Positions 1 to 10,080 of a stretch of 64,000 bases of DNA are shown one piece after another. How positions within the stretch are numbered: position 1 is the stretch's first letter; the number at the start of each line of letters is the position of its first letter. Under the pieces are notes generated by a model. It saw nothing but the letters and a program-made list of their open reading frames with translations. It was not told the DNA's origin and searched no databases. The DNA is from Octopus bimaculoides (taxonomy: Eukaryota), in assembly GCF_001194135.2 (NCBI RefSeq), contig NC_068981.1:19920350-19984349 (forward strand), written 5' to 3'. Both the position numbers and the translations under genes were made by a program.

Positions 1-775
1 TTGGCTTATGGTTTGGGAGATAGCCAATTTTGTTTTATTCCTTTAATATTTCCATCAATTACTAACCCTGATATTATTGGTAAGTTATGTTTATCAGAAA
101 TGTATTTTAAAAATTCTGCGCATCTGTCTGAGACGGTCTCTAAATCTCTCTTTCTTTTCTCTTCTACTTATGTTTGAAGATTTTGTTTTAGCTGATTATA
201 GGTGAGCCGATAATATATATAAGAAAAGAAAAGCAACAACAGAAAAAGAAAAAAAAAAAACAACGAAAGAAGCAAACTTTTAGATGAGAGAGAAATATAT
301 CAAAAGTAAAATATGAAGTTTGCTCTCATTCTCAGTTTCTAACAGGTTATTTGAAGGTAAATTACAATCCTTAGTGTCGACTAAGTTATTATATGAAACA
401 GAAAACAAAGTGGAATCAGAAGAAATTTCTAGACATTAAAATGAGGGAAATTAGATTCTCATGGTAATCTATTTAAGATCTGAAATCATACAGAATCACT
501 CTGTCATTTCGTTCACCTTTAGCTCTCCTACAATTTTTTCTTTGTGTGTGTGTGCGCGTGCGTGCATGCATGCATGCATGTGTGAGTGCGTGTGTGTATG
601 CGTGCGTGTGTTCATATGAGTTTTTCAAAAGGAGAATAGTTGAAAAAAAAAAATGAATAGTTTGTTAGTGTGAGGTGAAGGTTCAATTATAATTACACTG
701 CTAAAAGTCTATGAACTATACAACATTATTGAAGCTGAGAATTGGTGGAGATTGTAGAATGAAAAGAAGGTAAAA

Positions 776-1374
776 NNNNNNNNNNNNNNNNNNNNNNNNN
801 NNNNNNNNNNNNNNNNNNNNNNNNNNNNNNNNNNNNNNNNNNNNNNNNNNNNNNNNNNNNNNNNNNNNNNNNNNNNNNNNNNNNNNNNNNNNNNNNNNNN
901 NNNNNNNNNNNNNNNNNNNNNNNNNNNNNNNNNNNNNNNNNNNNNNNNNNNNNNNNNNNNNNNNNNNNNNNNNNNNNNNNNNNNNNNNNNNNNNNNNNNN
1001 NNNNNNNNNNNNNNNNNNNNNNNNNNNNNNNNNNNNNNNNNNNNNNNNNNNNNNNNNNNNNNNNNNNNNNNNNNNNNNNNNNNNNNNNNNNNNNNNNNNN
1101 NNNNNNNNNNNNNNNNNNNNNNNNNNNNNNNNNNNNNNNNNNNNNNNNNNNNNNNNNNNNNNNNNNNNNNNNNNNNNNNNNNNNNNNNNNNNNNNNNNNN
1201 NNNNNNNNNNNNNNNNNNNNNNNNNNNNNNNNNNNNNNNNNNNNNNNNNNNNNNNNNNNNNNNNNNNNNNNNNNNNNNNNNNNNNNNNNNNNNNNNNNNN
1301 NNNNNNNNNNNNNNNNNNNNNNNNNNNNNNNNNNNNNNNNNNNNNNNNNNNNNNNNNNNNNNNNNNNNNNNNNN
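776..1374. other. Assembly gap (N run), flanked on the right by (AT)n
   Basis: Continuous N; (AT)n follows at 1375-1408. Confidence 0.99.
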
Positions 1375-1413
<39 letters not shown>

Positions 1414-1440
1414 GAGAGAGAGAGAGTTAGCATCTCTCAT

Positions 1441-1690
1441 GTATTTACATAATCGTCTCAGTAATACATTTAAGATATTATCACAGATATATCCATATTT
1501 ATCATCTCAGTTATATATTTAAGATGTAATCTTTGTTGTTTATCTATTTTATCATCACAGCTATATAAACTTGTATCTGTAATCTCAGTTATAGATATAA
1601 TCTCAGTGATATATCCATATGATTGCTATCATCACATTCATTTAGATAACTTTATAATCTCAGTTATATATCGAAGATAACATCTCAGTT
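1441..1690. repeat. Degenerate minisatellite with core ATCTCAGTTATAT
   Basis: Core or close variants recur at about 1455, 1503, 1582, 1600, 1656 and 1682, and again at 2166-2200. Confidence 0.6.
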
Positions 1691-1904
1691 CATATGAACA
1701 CCCACCCCTATGTAATATGGGGTAACCAAGTATCTAGCAAGACACCTATGCTTGTTCCTTTATCACTCTACAGTAGTTCAACACCTGGTATAAAGCCACT
1801 TCCCCATCTCAAATACCCCCCCCCATACAGACACACACACCTACACTTAGTTGTGGGTGCATTTTCCATTTCCTTTCTCCCTGATCTTTTCAGCGTAGCA
1901 AGAT

Positions 1905-2108
1905 ACTTGGCAACCTCACTAGTGCTGGTGGCATGCAAGGAGGTACCCAGTACACACTAAAACGGTTGGCATTAGGAATAGCATCCCGCTGTATAAACCA
2001 CACCAAAGCTAACACTGGAGCTCAGTACAGCCCTGTGGCTTACCAGATTCTGTCAAATCACCCTACCCATTCCAGCACAGAAAACGGATGCTAAATGATG
2101 GTGATGTT
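1905..2108 (+). mobile_element. 5'-truncated RTE-LINE 3' UTR copy (family A)
   Basis: GGTTGGCATTAGGAATAGCATCC...GGATGCTAAATGATGGTGATG matches the 3' UTR of the RTE at 4881-6068. Confidence 0.75.
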
Positions 2109-2335
2109 TATATATGTGTTTGTGTGTGTATGAGTGATTCATTTAAATTGCATATTCAGACAGCAGCTCAGTTATATATATATATAATCTCAGATTTATA
2201 CTTAAGATATAATTGCATTTAAATATGTATTTATATTGGTATAAAAGTATTATCTTGAATATCACTATATATAATATTCATAACGTGTGTATTTTATGTA
2301 TATGATATATATATACATCATTATATATATATATA

Positions 2336-2384
<49 letters not shown>

Positions 2385-2387
<3 letters not shown>

Positions 2388-2615
2388 TCATCATCATTTA
2401 ACAGCCATGTTCCATGCTGGTATGGGTTGGACGGTTTGACATGATCTAATGGGCACAAAGACTGCAAATTTGCTTCAATGTCTGTTTTGCCATGGTTTCT
2501 GCTACTGGACACTCTATCTAACACTAACCACTTTACAACATGTATTGAGTATTTTATTCATTCCTCCAGTACTAGTGAGACTGCCATGCAACTTGCAAGC
2601 CTATGAACCTCAAGG
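2385..2615 (-). mobile_element. RTE-LINE 3' UTR copy (family A)
   Basis: (CAT)n tail then TTTAACAGCCATGTTCCATGCTGGTATGGGTTGGACGGTTTGAC, the reverse complement of the family A end. Confidence 0.75.
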
Positions 2616-2792
2616 TGGGTAACTTTATAATAGGAGACAAGGGGTAAAGTATGAGAGAAGAAGCCAGAGTAGAACAGTTTTCTTGTCATAGAGAAGCTAT
2701 ATAACTATCCATACATACATACATATACAAGTTATGTGTCATGAATAAATAATCAAGGTAGACAACAAAATTAACAAAGTAAACTGGTATTA

Positions 2793-2829
<37 letters not shown>

Positions 2830-3379
2830 ACATTCAGAAAAAAGAAGTTGAAAGGTTGTACATATGCATGTAAACAAACATAAACATTATTCTATACAGA
2901 ACACAGAAGGTACAGATATATGTATTAAAAGAATTGTATTTACATACAAACACACACACATGCACATATATATATATATGTATTCATTATTCCATTTTAT
3001 ACAGTCACATCAAATATGTCTCGTAAAAGTAGCTTAGTCTTTTGAGACAAACACGCACACATTGTAACATAGACTTGCATACTGTCAGTGGCAGTTTAAT
3101 TTCTGCCTCATGAAAATTATATTTCTTGTATTATGACGCCAAACCCACGAACATGCAATTAATAGCATTACACTTAGTATATACATTGATGTTGAAAGCA
3201 GCAGATATTGACTGTCTAGCGTCGAAACATTCATTGAGAGATATACTCTGAATTCTATACATTAAATTAGCATTTTTATACTAAATTGGAAAACATTTTA
3301 CATTTTATAAATAATTGATATTTATTTATTTATTTTAGTCTGGGTAGGAAATGCTTACCTTGCCTACTCTAGCATCATA

Positions 3380-3610
3380 CATCGTCACCATTGTCTTATC
3401 ACCCACTTTTCCATGCTGGCACGGTTCAGAATTTCTTGAAGTAGATTTTTTGAAGCAGGATGCCTTTCCTGTTGTCAACCCTCACCTGTTTTCTAAGCAA
3501 GGAAATATTTTCTCATGATTGTATGTTCTCAAAGATGAGTGTAAATGTACAACACTGCTTGTATGATGTTGATGTTTATTTACAGTTATTGCATGATGCC
3601 AAAACAGGGA
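3380..3610 (-). mobile_element. SINE-like family E sharing the family A 3' end
   Basis: Reverse complement contains AAATATTTCCTTGCTTAGAAAACAGGTGAGGGTTGACAACAGGAAAGGCATCC...CAGCATGGAAAAGTGG; homologous to 26085-26340 and 60588-60700. Confidence 0.65.
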
Positions 3611-3683
3611 AAGTCACTCACATTCTCAGGCACACACACACATACATACATACATATGCATACATGTGCATGCACATGCACAT

Positions 3684-3728
<45 letters not shown>

Positions 3729-3729
3729 A

Positions 3730-3874
3730 CCAGTTTCTTTCAGTTTTGTCTTACAAATCCACTTACAACACCTTTTGTCAGTCCAGGATTATAAAAGAAA
3801 ACACTTGTCCAAGGTGCCATATAGTGGGACTGAACCAGAAAGTAGGAAGCAAACTTCTTAATCACACAGCCATG

Positions 3875-3878
<4 letters not shown>
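3730..3878 (-). mobile_element. tRNA-derived CORE-like SINE (family B), 5' half
   Basis: Reverse complement reads TGGCTGTGTG (A box)...GGTTCAGTCCC (B box)...ACCTTGGACAAGTGT. Confidence 0.75.
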
Positions 3879-3911
<33 letters not shown>

Positions 3912-3928
3912 GTGTGTGTGTGTGTGTA

Positions 3929-4768
3929 CCAGGGGGTACCCAAAAGTAACTGGTATTTTGCAATATTATTTTATTCACTTAGTTTTTTACATGTTTACAC
4001 TTTTATCACCATCAAAGTGTTCTCCATTTGAAGCATTGCACCGGTCCACACATGTATTCCACTCTCTGAAGTAGTGCCGGAACTCTTGTGAAGTGATGCC
4101 TTTTAACTCATCCGTTGTTTTTTTTCTTCACCTCTTCCACAACAGCAAATTCTGTAGCACCAGCTTTCATCACCAGTTCATGGCATACATTCAGCCATGA
4201 CTGCTTTTGAGCTGCCATGAACAAGCGAGGCACAAATTTTGCAGCAGCTCTTTTCGTTTGCAATTCCTCACTCAAAATTCGTTGGCAGGAGCTCCAGGAC
4301 ACACCAGTCATATCAATTGTTCAGTGGTATTCCTCCAAGATCAGTTCATGAATTTTCATGATGTTTTCATTCATTCAGGAGGTTGACGGTTGTCTTGAAC
4401 AAGGTTGGTTTTCCAGCAACAAGTGGCCATTCCTAAAGTGTGTAAACCACTCATAAACTGGTGTTTTGCTCATGGCAGCATCCTTCTTTGTAAGCTGCAT
4501 GAAGCATAACAACCGTTTCAGCTGCTGTTTTTCTCAGCAGAATACAGAATTACACAGAAGCATGCTGTTCCTTCTTTTGAGCCATTGCAAAAAATTGACA
4601 AACAGGGAAGAAGTACTGCTAAACAGACACGTCACATGGCTGTACAACCTTAGAAGACACCACCAGTTAGCAGACTGATGCCTGAGGGTTGCATCAAGCA
4701 GCAGAAGCTGGAACTACGACGGGCTTGTCCAACAGAGAACTTTCCAGTTACTTTTGGGTACCTCCTCG
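3929..4768 (-). mobile_element. Internally deleted mariner-family DNA transposon with both TIRs and TA target duplication
   Basis: TIRs CCAGGGGGTACCCAAAAGTAACTGG (3929-3953) and CCAGTTACTTTTGGGTACCTCCTCG (4744-4768), TA on both sides. Minus-strand remnants: LLRKTAAETVVMLHAAYKEDAAMSKTPVYEWFTHFRNG, GVSWSSCQRILSEELQTKRAAAKFVPRL and a C-terminal VEEVKKK...W..R...CNASNGEHF. Confidence 0.9.
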
Positions 4769-4791
4769 TATATACACACACACTTGTGCAT

Positions 4792-4847
<56 letters not shown>

Positions 4848-4880
4848 ATATGTATGTGTTTGTGTGTGTATAAATATATA

Positions 4881-6068
4881 TTCAGCAATATCAAAGGAAG
4901 GCTAACTAGGAAGATAGTTTCTGTGTGTGGAAAATGCTCAGGGGCAATAAACACTGAAAATGAGCAGAAAACAGCTTCCATCACATGCCAGGGGGAAAAA
5001 CTAGAAGTAGTTGATAGCTTCCATTACCTGGTTGACCAAGTCCGTAGCAGGGGTGGATGCTCTGTGAGCATAGCTGCTAGAATAAGAATAGCCTGAACAA
5101 AATTCAGAGAACTCCTATCTCTGCCGGTGACAAAAGGGTTCTCGCTCAGAGTAAAAGGTACACTGTATGATGCATGTGTGTGAACAGCCATGCTACATGG
5201 GAGTGAAACATGGACTGTGACTGCTGAGGACATGTGTAAACTTGCAAGAAATGAAGTTAGTATGCTCTGCTAGATGTGTAATGTCAGTGTGCATACACAA
5301 CAGAGTCTAAGTGCCCTGAGAGAAAAGTTGGACATAAGATGCATCAGATGTGGTTTGCAAGAGAGACGACTGCACTGGTATGGTCATGTGTTGCATATGG
5401 ATGAGGACAGCTGTGGGAAAAAGTGTCACACACTAGCAGTAGAGGGAACTTGTGGAAGAGGTAGACCCAGGAAGACCTGGTATGAGGTGTTGAAGCACAA
5501 CCTTTGAACATTGGGCCTCACTGAGGTGATGACAAGTGACTGAGACCTTAGGAGATATGCTGTGCTTGAGAAGACCCGGCAAGCCAAGTGAGACCATAAC
5601 CATGGCCTATGCCAGTGTAGCATAACCAGCCCATTGAAGAGTACCCTTCAATCATTGGGCAATAAACTGCACTTGTGAAGACTTGTTGAGGCAAGTGAAG
5701 TCATTGTCATGGCAGATGCCAGTACTGCTTGAGTGGCACCCATACTGGTGGAACGTAAAGAGCACCATTCAAGCGTGGTCGTTGCTAGTGCCACCTGATT
5801 GGCTCCTATGCTGGTGGCATGTAAAAGCCATCATTCAAGTGTGGTCAATGCCAGTACCAGCTGACTAGCCCTCATGCCGGTGGCATGTAAAAAGCACCCA
5901 CTACACTCTCAGAGTGGTTGGCTTTAGGAATGGCATCCAGCTGTAGAAACTTTGTCAGATCAGATTGGAGCCTGGTGCAGCCTTCTGGCTTGCCAACCCT
6001 CAGTCAAACCATCCAACCCATGCCAGCATGGAAAGCAGACATTAAATGACAACGATGATGATGATGAT
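4881..6068 (+). mobile_element. RTE-clade non-LTR retrotransposon, 3' part of the RT ORF plus 3' UTR and (GAT)n tail, decayed
   Basis: EKLEVVDSFHYL, KGTLYDACV*TAMLHGSETW, LQERRLHWYGHVLHMDED, VEGTCGRGRPRKTWYEVL; stop at 5589-5591; UTR ends GCATGGAAAGCAGACATTAAATGACAACGATGATGATG. Confidence 0.92.
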
Positions 6069-6347
6069 ATATATATATATATATATATATATTTTCAAAG
6101 AAAAAATTTTTAAATAGTGAAATATAGTAGTATTGCTTCCTAGTAAAACAAAGCACCATCAGATGTGTGTGTTTGTGTTTGTGTGTGTGTGTGTGTATAA
6201 GCACACAGATGCTCACTCATTAAAACAAACTGTGCTTTACAAAACAGAAGACTAGATATAGTTGTTGTTGATAAATAAACTACCAAACATTAAATAATCA
6301 CCACTGTTATATATATAAAGACCACACTTTTGCCTTTAAAGAATTTT

Positions 6348-6637
6348 GATAAAATTGGTAAGTACTCTGAAGTTAGGTTAGAACTCCCAAGATGCTGTCA
6401 AAGAAGGGCAGATGTGAAAAGAACAATAGTCAGAGAAACTCAGCACAATTTTCTGAAAGCTTTCATTCTACCATAAACAACTTCAAATAAAAACAACACC
6501 ATACAAAAATATCAATGTTGGTCGGAATTGCTAATATTCTAAGAAAAATATTTTCTGTGTGAAGTCTTCAGATGTTACAGAGAGAAGTATTATTTTCATT
6601 TCCAATGTCTACACTGTGTATTCAGCCATTAACAAAT

Positions 6638-6645
<8 letters not shown>
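6348..6645 (+). mobile_element. R4-like REL non-LTR element, extreme C-terminus and 3' UTR
   Basis: DKIGKYSEVRLELPRC (cf. EKIxKYxDLxxE) and, after a frameshift, SMLVGIANILRKIFSV* (cf. LLGTAxILRxxL); followed by (TAG)n. Confidence 0.55.
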
Positions 6646-6647
<2 letters not shown>

Positions 6648-6675
<28 letters not shown>

Positions 6676-6712
6676 ATAGTAGTAGTAGTAATAGTAGTAG
6701 TAGTAGTAGTAA

Positions 6713-6790
<78 letters not shown>

Positions 6791-6810
6791 CAGCAGCAGC
6801 ATTAGTAGTA
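6648..6810. repeat. (TAG)n microsatellite with TAA variants
   Basis: Direct reading. Confidence 0.97.
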
Positions 6811-7524
6811 ATACTGATTTCTTGTATTTGCCTCCAGGGCAACAGCAGATGGGGACAGTTCAAAAATTACAAGGACAAAAATAATTGTGGCAATTTATAT
6901 ACGAAAGTGAATGCGTGAAAAGAAAAATTTAGGTGAAATTCAATAAATTTTTTAAAAGGATGAAATATAAGGATAAGGTATTCAAATAATGAGAATGTGA
7001 TACTTCCTTTCTGATACAAGAAGATGTCCGACAAGTCTGATTGAGGAACTCTGCAGATCCAAGATCACATTGAACACCAGGGGCAAGTACCCTCTCTAAA
7101 CATCTTACTATGATTCATAAGTACATACTTAGAGTTGTCCCACCCACTCTTGGTATCTTCATAACTCACTCACTTCTAAACAGATTCACTTGAAGACAGC
7201 ACCTCCTTCTCTGCCTTCCCATTTCCCAAGTGAAACTTGAAACTGTTATTGGCTACAAGGTACCAAGAGATTAAACAGAGTACCTGGATTAAATACAAAA
7301 TAATGGGTATTAAGACTGATTAAGCAAAAAGAAATCACACACAGTTGATTGTAATAGAATGACAAGTAAAGATCTCCAATAAGGGGTAGAATCCATCTAA
7401 AATAATTCAGGGCATCCCATGCATAGCCCAAATGACATTGATGCAAAGACTGTTTAACAATCTTCATTATTCTTTTTAAAACATTTTCATGTACATGCTA
7501 CAACATATACAGATAATTGAATGC

Positions 7525-8090
7525 ACAAGGATCCTTGAGCACATCCCCAGCTGCTGTCAGAAAGCACTGACTGTAGGGTGCTATCACTGATGCCACAGCA
7601 AGACCCTGAGGGCTGTAGCAGACACCAGAATAGGAATATCAATCGCAGGTGTTGTTACTCAAAGAAGAAATCTAAGACTTCTGCACAATGCTGGTGTGAT
7701 GGTGATAATGTCAATTGCCTGAACTACCTCCATAAGCTTGCTTTTTTTCAGGTTGACTTGTAGCTGAATGTCCCAGAAATGTTACTGCAACATTGTCAAG
7801 GTTGCACATGGGTTTGATTTCGGAAGCATCCAAGCAGGTGATTCTGTTAGAAGTCTCTGTTCCCTATGAGAATTTTGATGGAAAGGCAAATGAGAGGAAG
7901 ATCAAAATATACTGCGCTGGTGGAATTATGTCAGAACAATGAGTGGTAATGATCCCATTGAGATAAGATGCAAAGGGATAAAAGGCTAGCTCCTCTGCAG
8001 AGCCTAAAACATGAGTAGAAGGCAATCAAGTTGGCTAAGTGGGTAGCAGAGTTTGTTTCAGAGTGTCCCCCTATTCCCATCTCAAAATAC
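7525..8090 (+). mobile_element. Hero-like REL non-LTR retrotransposon remnant (zinc knuckle end plus endonuclease)
   Basis: ILEHIPSCCQKALTVGCYH*CHSKTLRAVAD; ISEASKQVILLEVSVPYENFDGKANERK; KYTALVELCQNNEW; PIEIRCKG. These match motifs I recall for the Hero clade (LEHILSCCPKAL...RHDQVL; KQVILLELTVPWE...ERK..KY). Confidence 0.75.
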
Positions 8091-8142
8091 ATGGATACTT
8101 GTCCCTCTTATGTTGTATTTTAGCTTTTGTTTATTGCCTTCA

Positions 8143-8149
<7 letters not shown>

Positions 8150-8175
<26 letters not shown>

Positions 8176-8750
8176 TACACACACATGTAGGATATCAATC
8201 TCATAAATTTATTGTTTTTCTTTCATCTCAAATTTTCTTACAAATACAATGTTATGCATAATGTCATAAGCCACTAATTTTGCACCTGAGTAAAATCACA
8301 CCAGCTGAATGTATTACCTGTGTATGCCGCACTTACATATATATATATATCATAGCTGTTACCTTGCTGAAGAGTTTTATGTACTATTATATAAAAATAT
8401 TTGTATTAATGTTGTGTGTGTATTTATACATACATGCATGTGTGTGTGTGTGTGTGTGTGTGTCTGCATATACACACACATGAAAACGATCAATCTCAGT
8501 TGTAGATCTATTGTTTGTCTTTGATCTCTAATTGTCCAACATACAAATAACATTATGCATATTGCTATATGCCACAATTTCTTTTATATATCACTCCTGT
8601 GTAAATCACACTTGTATATGTCTTACCTATGTATGTCACACCTATATATATATATATATATCACACCTATTTATGTATCACACCTGCCACCTAGCAGGAG
8701 AAATTGGTTTACTGTTATGTAAAAATATCAAGTCTGTGCCATTGTGGTGC
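8150..8750. repeat. Diverged tandem duplication of about 300 bp
   Basis: Both units run (GT)n-GCATA(T)ACACACATG-ATCAATCTCA-TTATGCATA-GCCAC-AAATCACAC-TTACCT-(AT)n-AAAAATAT. Confidence 0.7.
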
Positions 8751-9119
8751 ACAACAATTTGTTAAGTAAAGAAGATATAATGCAAAAATAAAAAAGGAAA
8801 AAGTTAATAGAAATTATGTTTGACAATTAGTACATTTAATTGTTTATAGATATTGATTACATATTTTGGTGCTTAACACAAGTTGTATTGATTCAGCTGT
8901 TTACTCTATTTGATGTATATCTATAATGCAGTACAATGCATTTGAGTGTAGTACATAGCAGTATATATAGTACCATAAAATACAGGGCTTACAATAGAGT
9001 ACCATATAGCACAGTGTTCTACCAAGCAGTGCAGTAATATGAATTACAATATGTTATTGTATTATATGGTTTGCACTGTTTTGTAGTCATATGATACTGA
9101 CATACCCTTATTGTTGAGT

Positions 9120-10080
9120 ATGAGTCTTCACCAGATATAAATTTTATGGAACTACATGTAATTGTGTAGGCCAAGTTTGGTTGCACATTGGGCATATTAT
9201 GTCCCACAGGAGAAGAGGCACTGTCATGGTCACTTTTTATGTTCATATTTATCATTGAGATATCTGGTTTGTGTTGTATTAAAGTGTTGGGCTACACCTT
9301 GGATATCTTCCTTTGTGTTGACTATTCACCAACAATTCCCACATTCATGTTATGCTTTTTCTAATTTCTTTGAGTACATCTTTAAATCACTTCCTTTATC
9401 TTGTATGCTTTTTACTTTGTTCAGCTGTGAATAAAACATCTGTTTAGGCAACCAGCAGCACATTATTTGCATGCCAAGGCCAGTCTACCAATGCTGGTAT
9501 CACATAATCATAGTTTCAGTGCAGAAGTTATTGACTTACTTAAGAATGTAGATGTACTTCCATGTATTCTACCACTGGATATGCAAGATTTTCATAAAAC
9601 AAGATTTTCATTGCCAGTGCCGATGGACTGGCTCTTGTACAGGTGGCACGTAAAATACACCATTTCAAGCATGGCCATTGCCAGTACTGCCCAACTGGCC
9701 TTCATGTCGGTGGCACGTAAAAGCACCCACTACACTCTCGGAGTGGTTGGCGTTAGGAAGGGCATCCAGCTGTAGAAACTCTGCCAAATCAGATTGGAGC
9801 CTGGTGTCGCCTCCTGGTCCACCAGTCCTCAGTCAAATCATTCAACCCATGCTAGCATGGAAAGCGGATGTTAAACGATGATGATGATGATGATGATGAT
9901 CGTATATAGAAATGTTGCTTATAACTGGTATAGTCTTCAGAGACTTTGAAGAAGAATGGTTGCAATAATTACCTTAGACACCATACGTTTGGTTGTTTAT
10001 CTTTGATTGTAATCGTCATATACCTGTTTCCTCATGTGACCAAATGTTAAACTCACATATTGTTTCCAATATTGGATCTT
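9120..10080 (-). mobile_element. Old RTE (BovB-like) LINE remnant, interrupted by a family A insertion
   Basis: Minus strand: FGHMRKQV...TTKRMVSKVIIATILL (about 10050-9940), MKILHIQW, LPKQMFYSQL, FKDVLK, IICPMCNQ. Confidence 0.6.
9605..9901 (+). mobile_element. RTE-LINE 3' UTR copy (family A) with (GAT)n tail
   Basis: GGTTGGCGTTAGGAAGGGCATCCAGCTGTAGAAAC...CCATGCTAGCATGGAAAGCGGATGTTAAACGATGATG. Confidence 0.9.

Noticed and set aside
192-362. Micro-exon-like motifs TTTTAG|CTGATTATAG|GTGAGC (192-201) and CTAACAG|GTTATTTGAAG|GTAAAT (346-356)
   Set aside because: 10 and 11 nt, not frame-preserving individually; such motifs are common by chance in AT-rich DNA
709-1440. Long ORFs spanning N gaps (also 46870-48157 and 50450-51073)
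   Set aside because: Artefacts of N runs and flanking microsatellites
3190-3232. Hairpin followed by CGAAAC, resembling a hammerhead
   Set aside because: The CUGANGA core is absent
6559-6918. Poly-V/T/I/H-T/C-V ORFs throughout the ORF track
   Set aside because: Translations of simple repeats with no splice or homology support
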